NCBI GenBank assembly: GCA_023213395.1
Contig: CM041465.1
Location: 245,589,741 to 245,653,740 of the forward strand
DNA length: 64,000 nt
DNA from: Cycas panzhihuaensis
Taxonomy: Eukaryota > Plantae > Cycadophyta
Direction of reading: 5' to 3'
Shown piece after piece: positions 53,827 through 64,000 of this stretch. Position numbers and translations under genes: made by a program. The notes beneath the pieces are model-generated. The model worked only from the letters and a program-made list of their open reading frames with translations. It searched no databases and had not been told where the DNA came from. Positions within the stretch are counted from its first letter, which is position 1, and every line of letters begins with the position of its first letter.

Positions 53827-55341
53827 TGTTAAAACTTTGAACTTTCATATTCTAACATTAAGTCTTGACCATATACAATTTTATTTTAACACTTTATGCT
53901 TTATGTTAAAGTGCTCTTTTGTATGTTTTTAAATTGTCACTTTATCTATTTTGTCTTTAGGGACTTATTCACATGTCTTATGTGAATATGTTAACATTTA
54001 ATGGCTAACACTTGTCATGATCATTTGCACTTAGGAATGAGAGTTCTATTCAGACTTTTCATTTCATTTGGATGTGTGACATGTATCACAATCTTGAAGT
54101 CAGGAATTCATATATAAGAAGTGATCCTTCTTATGTATTTGATCATAGTTTTGGAGTTTAGTGTTATGTTGCTGAAAACATTTTATATATAGGTTGAGTG
54201 TAGAGTAGTTCTCCTCCCTTTCCTAAGTGTGTTATATATTTTGTACAAAGTCTTTTCTCAAGCTTTCTAGTATAAGTTGATTCATTTTCATGTTCATGCT
54301 TTGTCCCTCATTCACCTCCATAGATATTGTTATTTTATCTTTCTCATTTTGGTATCAGAGCAGTTTTGAGGAGCTGAAGGAGGCACTGAATCTCTTACTT
54401 TTGTGATGATCTTAGACCTACGAAGGTGATTCAAATAGAGACCTTTTCGGGTTTATTTAGGGTTATAATTTCAAAAGTAATTTTTAATTTTTTTTTTATA
54501 TGTTAAAAACTTTTATTCTCATATTTGTTTGATAAATTTTGAGAACTTTATTGTCATGTTTTATAACAAGTTTTGAGAGGGTTGTACTAATCAATTTATA
54601 TTGGTTTTGAAGAATTTTGTTTGTAAGTTCTGAACTAGTTTAAGATTGACCCAATTGGAAGTCATTCTGGTATTTTTCTTGAAGAGCTTGCATATTAAAA
54701 GAAATTGCATTTTCTACAATTTATATATGCAATAAAAAATATTTTTTTGTATTTGTTTACATATTTTTTTAGATAAAAATAAAATAGAGCAGATTTATAT
54801 GTAAAAACCGTCTTACTTCCTCTATTTTTAGTGATTTGAAGGAGATGTTTTTGTTTGTGGTGCATAGGGCACTCGTCGTTTTTTATTGTATCAGTGATTT
54901 GTAGGAAAAATCTACCTATTTGCTATTTTTTTTGAAACAAAACAGATTTGCATCCCATTTGCATTGTGTTGGTCACCTTATTTACAGCTCTAACTACTAT
55001 TGGGCATTTACTGAAGTCAATTGGGCTCTCATTTCCACTATTGGGCATATTTTCTTAGTGAAAACCATTGTTTTTGCACTTACTTTTTAAACTGGGAGTA
55101 TTACAAGCTTGCAAATCGCTGTATGTTTCTCTCTATTTGGCTGATAGCCTCATAAAATTGTCTGGTGACTTTTCTCCAATGATGGATTTACCACGTTTTC
55201 ATGCAGTGTTTTTGACATTGTTCTTGAATGTTTTTATGTAGATCGTTCACCTGTCACTCTGAGATCCTTTGATTTGTGCTCAGACACTTTTCAAAGCGAT
55301 CTCCCAATTAGATTTTTGTTCATGAAGCCACGTAGCTTCAC

Positions 55342-55343
<2 letters not shown>
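53827..55343 (+). mobile_element. LTR (53827-54346) + PBS (54350-54361) + leader; right arm of head-to-head pair
   Basis: tgttaaaac...ttctca then tggtatcagagc. Shares cattaagtcttgaccat with LTR 23683. Confidence 0.88.
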
Positions 55344-55344
<1 letters not shown>

Positions 55345-55405
<61 letters not shown>

Positions 55406-55411
55406 GTATGT
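55345..55411 (+). repeat. (TA)n(TATG)n microsatellite
   Basis: Direct reading. Confidence 0.95.
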
Positions 55412-55621
55412 AAAATTATTATTTTTTTAATGTTATGTTTAGAATACATTTAATTGTATTTGATAATTGGGTGAAATCTATTCAACCCCTTGTGCTACTC
55501 AGCCCCAAGTCACATGGTGTTTTGATGTGGCCTTGTTTTTATTTATTTTTTTCAAATGGTTGATATATGTGTAGTGTATACACATTAATTGTTATATATA
55601 CATCTTCGTATTTAGCCATGC

Positions 55622-55657
<36 letters not shown>

Positions 55658-56091
55658 GTTAAGCCTTCTTTGGTCCTATGAGCTCTCATGTGACTTTGCT
55701 TATAATTTTTGGTTGTGTAATTGCTATTGTGTATATAACATATTAATGTTTTGATTTTCAAGAGACTATAACTTTGTCATCTGGTGGCTATTTTCAACAA
55801 TATGTACATATTTTTTGAATTTTGGATATATCTCTGAGATATACACATTTGCAACTTTAGTTTTCTACTTTAGTTACAAATTTTGCTATATTTTGCGTTG
55901 TTTTCATTATGGTTGCTTGTCCCAAGTTTCTTGTCTTTGTTAGAGTTAACTATGCAAATTGAGAGGTCAAAATCTTAGATTTTTTTCAATGTAATAAAAA
56001 CTATGGAGGTAGTTTCAGGGGAATTTGAGGAACTAATTGATCAAGGTGTTAAATAAACATGTTTCATGAATTGTAATGGTGGCCTTGTTAC

Positions 56092-56093
<2 letters not shown>

Positions 56094-56137
<44 letters not shown>
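56094..56137 (+). repeat. (CT)n microsatellite expanded inside gag
   Basis: Direct reading; the homologous position near 48380 has only gagagag. Confidence 0.9.
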
Positions 56138-56138
<1 letters not shown>

Positions 56139-57512
56139 ATATTAGACAGAAGTTTCTAATAAAGATGTTCGTAATGTTGTAAGAGAAAATTTGAAAAATG
56201 TCTTACAAAGTTGATGTTAAGTAAGCTCTGAAAGTTTATTTATATTTGAAGAATTGTTGTGTCATTTGCAAGTTGTGAATATAAACTTGATTATTTATGG
56301 GTAACAAAATAGGAAAGATGATGATGTTGTTGTTCGTTTAACCATTAATAATTACCTAATTCCTGTCTTCATTATAAGATTGTTAGACAAGAAGTTGGAC
56401 ATTTTAAAATCACTTTTAATCAGTTCAGTAGTCAACTTATTGAACATCTAAATATACTTATTCAAAATAGCTAAATTATGAGTCCTTTGATGCACTTTAT
56501 CCTAGGCACTTAGGTTTTAAGGGGCAAACAATCAACCTAGGATTCAAGGGTTGTAATATTTAGGGCATCGAAACTGACCTTTTATGAGGTAAACTAATCA
56601 GATTCATGGAAAGACAAGATAGAATCAAGGATAAAATTTAGGTCATGAAGGGCAAAATTTTAAAGTGCAAAACAAAAAATAGGTTTATGCATTATATTTA
56701 GGCTGTCTTTCTTATTATTTATTATTATTGCCATGAAAATGATTATATTAGGAGGTATTGAAAAAAAGAAAAGATGGCTTGCGTTGCATATAGAGCTATG
56801 GCTTTCATTGTTTGCATTTTAGTTTTTAAAACTCATAATTTAAAATTTTCTTAGATTGTAGATTCTAGTTATTCACGTCATATGACAAAAATAATCAAAG
56901 TTTTGTTTCTTTCAAACATGGTGTTAGTTTGGATGAATCAATCATCAGTGGCAATGGTGTTGAGTTATTTGTTATAGGTGCGAGAAATGTTGCACTCAAA
57001 AGTGGATCTATCAACAATATATGGTGTTGTATCAAATTAGAAACTGAAGCTTTTCTCTGTTTATCAACTTTGTTTGAAAGATTATAATATTGAATTTACA
57101 AAATGAGAACTTATTATCAAGAATAATAAAGATCATTGTAAAAATGTTGCTTTTGGTACTATTGTTCATGACAATGGTTTGTATAAGGTTTATGATGTTA
57201 ATTAACCTAGTGTGGAGTATGATATTTAAGAATCTTGTATGAAATTTACTTTTGCTTCACATGCTGCTTACTTTGATTCTCTTAGCGAGTTGTGGCATGT
57301 TAGGTTTGGCCATATTAGTTATGGGCAATTAAATATTCTTTAAATGCATAATATTGTTAATGGATTGTTAAATCTCTCTACTGTGTAGGGTGTTTGTGAG
57401 GGTTGTAATCTAGGGAAACATCACATGTATCCATTTCTACCAAAGAGTTGTTTTAGAGCCCAATATCCTCTTGAATTGATACGTTCTGATATTTGTGATC
57501 CATTTGAAATAT

Positions 57513-60477
57513 TATTGGACTATGACTTATTCACTTGCCGATGAGTCCTCTTCCCAAATCACCCGTGGGTTTTTGGTGTACTGACAAGGCACAAGTGGTA
57601 TTAGAGCTAGAAGGGTATCTATTCACTCCATTCGACTTGCATGGAGCCATTTTGTCTCTCCTTCACCTTCAATGTGAAGTCTTGAGATTGCACTTATTAT
57701 TTTTGAAAATTTAAGAGTTTTTTAATCATGCAAAGCTTGTATGTCATTTGCAACATATTTCAGTATCCTCCGTTTGTTTGCAGATTCATTGAAGATCGAA
57801 ACTGTTAGTCGGAAGAAGATTTTCTAGCTCCAGGCTTTTGAAAAAATTAATATTTCATCAATCTTTGTAGCTAATTTTTAATTTTATCAAGGGAGATTCT
57901 ATTGATTTTTCATTATAAATCAATTGTTAGTTATAAAATCTATGTTGTAATGCTATAGGGCATATTTTTAGCTGCTTATAGGACCGTTTAGAAAAAGGTT
58001 GTTCAACCCTACGATAGATGGAAATTAAAAGTTGTTCGTTTTTGCTAAAAATTTGCAGGGAGGGATGCCCAAACAAGAGGAATATTTTTGTTTTTTGCAC
58101 CATGTTCGAATTCTGCTTCGATCAGCTTCAAAACACAGAAGTTTAGTTGGTCCTAATCCGATTACTTTTTTGAAAAATTTTCTCGAAACACTTAATGCAT
58201 GCCAAAATTTTTTGAGGGCTTTAGTAGATCTAGTCTCAAGGAATCCGACAAATCAAGTTTCATCAAATTTGATGCACCAGAGAGAGAGATTTCTTCAAAA
58301 TTTCGATTTCTACCTAGAAAAATCTCATAGGAATTTCATTTTCAAAAGTTTCGCTAAAAGACTTTTTGATTCACCACAGGGAGATCTATCATCTAGGAGA
58401 GTGAAATTTTGATTCAAAATGTTTCAACTGTTTCATATGGTTGCATGGCCGTACAAAAGTTTCTGACAGAAGATTTAGATTCCTCTCGCTTTTCTTGATA
58501 CTTTTTCATTTGCATACACTTTGATAGACAAAAGCAAAATAAATGAGGTATAAAAAGCAAGCATCAACACATCAATAATTCATTTCAGTTTTCAACGCAA
58601 ACACATTTACATACTCCTTAAAATGAACCCATTATGTTTGATTATTCCACCATCTTGAGCCTGTTTGCACACTTGCCAAGGTTGAGATACCTTGGTTGGC
58701 AGAATTCCGGGCCCTAAAGGAAGTGTGGATTTCAAGTTGGAGCGATAGGTTAGCCGTACCTACGAGCTCCCTTCAAGGATGACTAAGTGAGACAAATAAA
58801 ACCTTAATGCAAGATTAAAATCAACCAGGTCCAATATCTGTCATAAGCGTGGGATACACACGTACTGTTTGACTCTTCGGAAGAGGTATATAGCTGCGGG
58901 TATAAGGATATACTTCATTTGAAGAGTTAAATGGTATGTGTGTATCCCACAGCTATGGCAGATATTGGACTGGGTTGATTTTAATTTTGCATTAAGGTTT
59001 TAGTTGTCTCGATTGGTTATCAGGATATTCCCTGAAGGGAGCTTGTAGGTATGGCTAACCTATCGCTCCACCAGTATTCTGGTTGAGTCCAGACCCACGT
59101 TGAAACCCACACTTGCCTTAGGGCTCAGAATTCGGTCGATCAAGGTATTTCAACCTTGGCGAGTGTGCAAACAAGCTCAAGATGGCAGAGTTGAAAATTG
59201 AAATGAATTGTTGATGTGTTGATGCTTGCTTTTTATGCCTCCTCAATGTGCATGCAAATGAATAATCATGCAAAGATGTGAAGTATAAACATTGGATTTT
59301 GTTACGATCTAGGTGTTTTACTGTTACAATGAGTTTTTCCTTTTGCTTTTGCTTTTTGAAAAAAGTTTAAGAGAAGGGAAGAAAACAAAAAAAATGAAAA
59401 TTTTCTTATTAACTTAAAATTTGACCAAAAGAGAGAGTATAAAAAAAAGCGAGAGAAATTCGAATCTTCTGTTAGAAACTTCTGTATGGCCATGCAACCA
59501 TACGAAACGACTGAAACGTTTTAGATCCAAACTTCACTCTCCCAGATAATAGATTTCATTGTGGTGAGTCAAAAAGTCTTCTAGCGAAACTTTTGAAAAT
59601 GAGTAGAAATAGCCCGAAACTTGCCAAAACTCCTGTGAGACATTTTTAGGCAGAAACTGAAAATTTGAAGAAATTTCTCTCTCTGGTACATCGAGTTTGA
59701 TGAAACTTGATTTGTTGGATTCCTTGATGCGAGATTTGCAGAAGCCCTCAAGAAATTTTGACATGCATTTAGTGTCTTGAGAAAATTTCTTAGAAAAACA
59801 TTTGTATTAGGGCTGGTTGAACTTCTGTGTTTTGAGACCGATCAAGGCAGAATTTGAAGATGGTGCAGAAGACAAAAATGTCCTTCCCTATAAATTTTTA
59901 GCAAAAACGAACGATTTTTAAGTTTCACCTATCGTAGGGCTGAAAAACTTTTTTCTGAATGGTTTCAACTGATTTTTGCTATTTGCAAACAGTTAAAAAA
60001 TATGCCCTGCAACTTTACAACATAGATTTTATAATTGACAATTAATTTATAATGAAATATTAATATAATCTTCCTTGATAAAATTAAAAATTAGTTCTAA
60101 AGATTGATGAAACGCTAATTTTTTTGACAGGCTAGAGCTAGGAAACCTTCTTCCGGCTAACAATTTCGATCCTCAGTGCACCTATAAACAAATGAAGGAT
60201 ATTGAAATATGTTGTAAATGATATACAAGCTTTGCATGATAAAAAAACTCTCAAAATTTTGAAAATAATGATTGCACTCTCAAGACTTCACATTGAAGGT
60301 GAAGGAGAGGCAAAATTGCTCCATGTAAGTGGAATGGAGTAAATAGATCCCGTTCTAGGTTTGATACCACTTGTGACTTGTCGTTACACCAAAAGCCTGC
60401 GGGCTATGGCTGGTTCACTTGCAGAGAAGTCCTCTTCCCAAATCACCTACGGGCTTTTGGTGTAACGGCAAGTCACG
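57513..60477 (+). mobile_element. Non-coding mini-LTR element with fully palindromic interior and PBS at both ends
   Basis: Perfect TSD aatat (57508-57512 / 60478-60482), direct terminal repeats 57513-57593 and 60372-60477, PBS tggtattagagc 57596-57607, inverted PBS ggtttgatacca 60358-60369, arms 57565-58890 / 58908-60400. Confidence 0.93.
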
Positions 60478-61352
60478 AATATCTTGTGTTTCAAGTAGAA
60501 ATATCTGATTTCTTTTTATTGATAATTTTTCATGTAAGTGTTGGAATTACATTCTCAAGCAAAAAAAGTGGTGTGTTTGATAGATTTATTGAATTGAAAA
60601 TTTTTATTGGGAATTAATCTGATCATAAAATCAAGATTTTGAGATTTGATAATAATATGAAATATATTAGTTATTAGTTTATTGATTTTGGAAATAAGTA
60701 TGGAATTCATTTCTAACATTTTTTGTTCATATTCATCACAATGATGTAAGTAAAAGAAAAAATAAAACTCTTATTTAAATGACACGTTGCATGTCACATT
60801 CTAAGGGTTTAGATTTAAGATTATGGACTGTAGCTATCAATTGTGTTAATTATATATTAAATCATCTATGTACTAAAACTATTCTTGGGGTCACTTTAAA
60901 AAAAAAAAGGTCAGGCAGGAAATTTGCAATGACATATTTCAAAACATTTGGTATTGTTGTATAGGGTCATATTCTTGATAAACGAAAGTTAAAATTAGAT
61001 TCAAAGAGTACTAGATATATCTTTGTTGGTTGTAGTGAAGAGTATAAAGCTAATAGACTCTTTGATCCTACTTCTCATCAAGTTGCTATTAAGCATGATG
61101 TTAAGGTTGATAAGGATTGTTCATATGCCTTTCCTTTTCTTAAGAATATTGATGTTCTCATATTTCTTTTTATGGATGTTGCTTATATCTCATTTCATGG
61201 TGTTATTTTTGGATCAAGTATTCATATTTTAGGTGGTTCTTCTTCTTGTCTTTTTTGCTTGCAAGTTCTTGGTGGTCTTCAACATGATTCAAATGATTCT
61301 TTTTATGTGGATTTAGATGTTGTTCAAAATCACTTATATGGGTTGACAAAAT

Positions 61353-64000
61353 AACCTAAATGCATTGGTGCACCATTCCGTGACAAAAGTCCTCTTTAAT
61401 TGGTCCTCTGGTGAAATTCAAACTTGATTGTGTCCATTGAAGTCGTTCGTGACAGAGTAAACCTCATGTCTTGTAACTTTCTCTAGAATGTCCTCTGTAA
61501 AGGGGATGGGAAATGGATCTTTCTTGGTTATCTTATTTAGAGCTCTGTAATTAACACAGACTAAGTTTGTTGTTCTTCTTTGGGACCACTACCTTTGTTC
61601 TTTCGAAAATATAATCCGCCTCAAATAACTTGTCAAGTTCATCCTTTACTTTTTCTTTATACTTGGGATTTATGGGGTAAGGCTTTGTCTTATCAGCTTA
61701 GCTCTTTCCACTAGTTCTATCTCTTATGTTCACCAAGTTCAGGCGGAATGCCTTTTATGTCCTTATAGGACCAGGCAAAAACGTCTTTATACTCGAGAAA
61801 TAATGAAGTGGCCTATTACACGATTTTTGCATCCTAGTAATCTCCCATACTGATGATTTGAGATTGTTCTTTCATTCCAATGTTAATCTCTTGTAATTTT
61901 AGTTTTTTTATTTCAACTGTTTTGCCATCTGGGCTTACTGTGTATGTTGGAGCCTTATCAATTATGCAATCTCTACATTTCACTATGGAATAGCTAGGAG
62001 GAAACAATTGTGATTCTTGTTGGATATTATTTTCTTTTATTGCTTTGTCACATTCAATGTGAAAGCAATTTTCTCCTTATCCATGCTTTTTTCCTTGAAA
62101 ATTTGTAAAATTTTCTTAATTTTTTCATTTTTATTATGGTTTGCAAATGTTTGATAAAAACTATCTACCATTAGATCTCAGTCTATTAATTTTATCTTTT
62201 CACAATAGATATACTAGACTACCAAAATGCGTCTAAAAGTCGATCTCCAATATTGCGTCTATTCCTTTTTTTTGGAATTTCATTACCTATCCATATTTGA
62301 ACACAATTTTGCCCATACAATTAAGGACCCTCTCCATTCCAAAACAAGGGCAATTCTATTTCATGATTATGGAATCTATTTAGAAAGTTTCTACTTATCT
62401 CTTTCTAAGAATTAAATTCCTTTGCATAAGCAACATACCATAAATGTGCTTGGCCTATTAAGGAACAAGGAAACACAAGATACCAAAAATTCCCGTGCCA
62501 TTTATTTTTCATTATTTTAATACATTGATCCAAATGTTCTTTTGTTTGCCCCAATTGGCCATAATACTTAGGAAGTTCATTGGAATTCTTACCCTAGACT
62601 TAATTTTCTTAGGTCATTTGCAGGTCTCTTTCTTTGCAAAATTCTTGCGGCAGTTCCAATTGAATTGTTTCATCTTCCATGTTCTCCTCCTCTGAAGAGT
62701 CTACACACATCTCTAAGCAATAACATGGAGAAGGTTCTATTTCCTCCCATGCATTATGAAGCCAATTCAACATATAAGATGATGATGGACTGCTTGGCAA
62801 GGTCGATTGAATCTGAAAAGCTATTTCTAAGCAAGGGCTAACTATCGATTCTGTTGTGGTTGTAGTGGTCGGGGCTTTTTTTTCATCTTTAGTTTTCTTA
62901 ATTTGTGGTCCATTCGAGCATAAGTGAAAAGTAATTGCCTGATTTCCATTTGAGAGTGTAAATGTATGTTTTCCCTAGTCTTGAATGACTTCTGTTGCCA
63001 ATAGCCAAGGTCTTCCCAACAAAGCTGGGTAAGTCCTTTTTTGGCTTTGTATCCTAACTATTGCAAAATCTAGCAGAACAGTAATTACCACAATGGTCAT
63101 TGGAACATTCAACAAGGTGCCCATAAGTCTTACTTGTAATTGGTTAGCCGACCTAATCAAATAGTCTACGACAACCACATCGGGCCTTCCCAAGGCTATC
63201 CAAGAGGATTCAGGCAACACATTCATGCTTGAGCCTTCGTCAACAATTGTTTTACACAGGTTGCCCCAAAAAACCATTGGAACTCTTGGGTCAACCCCAT
63301 TATCCTTGATATACTAACTGTTGGAGGTAGCCAGCTTCCTACCACTTAAAAAGAACAGAGATACGAATTGAAATTCCTAGTTCCATAAGCAAATCTTTGA
63401 CTATTTGCAACTGTTGCCAGGGATTCATACCTTGTTGTGTAGATTGCCCTAGAACCGTTCTTCTTTTATATTGTTGGACCTTGAATCTTTGTTCTTGCTA
63501 GAATTCTTCCTGTTGGACTTTGCTCGTGGCCTCTTGAAGAATCCTCATTACTTCCTTAAGTCGTTGCTTCTCTACTGTTGTGTTTGGAAAATTGTTCTGA
63601 AGAGGAGGTCCCTTTGTTTTACCGCTATGCGTTTGCAGATATGCTGGTACTTCTTTGTTTCAAACTATATCCACTAGATTGACATTTTGCACTTTAGTGT
63701 TCTTTGGACAATTTGCCCATTTGTGATCCATTGGTCCGCATTCTTTACAAATAAACTCTCCTCCTTTTTTCTTTAGCGGACATTCGAATCTGTAATGCCC
63801 CCATCTTTGACATAGGAAGCAATGAATTAGGTTTGTTTTGACTTTATATTGTTTTGTCGTTCTTCGTTCTGCCTTTTGTACGAATACATTGTGAACTTCT
63901 CCTTCATTATGCTTTGGCGCGTCTATAATTCACACATCATTTTGGATGTTCACTATGTTCATTCTTCAAGTGTTCTTGTTGATTGCAAGGTGGGGGGCAA
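61353..64000 (-). mobile_element. Ty3/gypsy remnant (gag with two CCHC knuckles, protease, RT start)
   Basis: Minus strand CFLCQRWGHYRFECP (~63780-63820), CKECGPMDHKWANCP (~63705-63750), IVDEGSSMN...LLGRPWL, and NYRALNKITKKDPFPIPF (~61500-61555). Protease is followed by RT, the gypsy order. Confidence 0.88.

Larger units (their letters stand above)
55440..61350 (+). mobile_element. Family X copia internal region (leader end, gag ~55909, integrase), interrupted by 57513-60477 and truncated before RT
   Basis: LWHVRFGHISY (~57290), LELIRSDICDPFE, MTRCMSHSKGLDLRLWTVAINCVNYILN. Homologous to the reverse complement of 46050-48940. Confidence 0.85.

Noticed and set aside
57517-57560. Possible hammerhead ribozyme (gccgatgagtcc) in the mini-LTR, as in retrozymes
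   Set aside because: The core would need CUGAUGA plus a downstream GAAA. The 3' LTR copy reads gcagagaagtcc and no GAAA with stem II follows.
57513-60477. DIRS/Ngaro or Penelope-like element as explanation for inverted repeats
   Set aside because: It has a 5-bp TSD, tRNA PBS and TG...CA direct LTRs, and no tyrosine recombinase or GIY-YIG remnants.

Overview
AT-rich eukaryotic DNA, most likely plant because every primer site is tRNA-iMet type and the elements are copia/gypsy. It is made almost entirely of nested, decayed LTR retrotransposons; I see no intact host gene, RNA gene or CRISPR array. Several Ty1/copia elements can be delimited exactly by LTR pairs, iMet PBS, PPT and 5-bp TSDs: 18673-35085 contains 19471-30570, which contains 23683-30405; 10229-13296 is separate; 15932-16567 is a solo LTR. 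Two of these are gag-only non-autonomous (TR-GAG-like) elements, and a Ty3/gypsy remnant fills the right end. The striking feature is three multi-kb palindromes that the ORF track does not show. (1) A 4,980-bp non-coding fold-back element (2296-7275) with TG...CA ends and a 5-bp TSD. (2) A 2,965-bp non-coding mini-LTR element (57513-60477) whose whole interior is a rod-like hairpin enriched in G-U pairs and which carries an inverted tRNA-iMet PBS exactly where the polypurine tract should be. (3) A head-to-head fusion of two LTR+PBS+leader units centred at 53826/53827. Elements 1 and 2 both sit in the integrase region of the same copia family. Together they suggest a class of hairpin-RNA, integrase-mobilised parasites of LTR retrotransposons, possibly with dual tRNA priming. 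All alignments and counts were done by eye.
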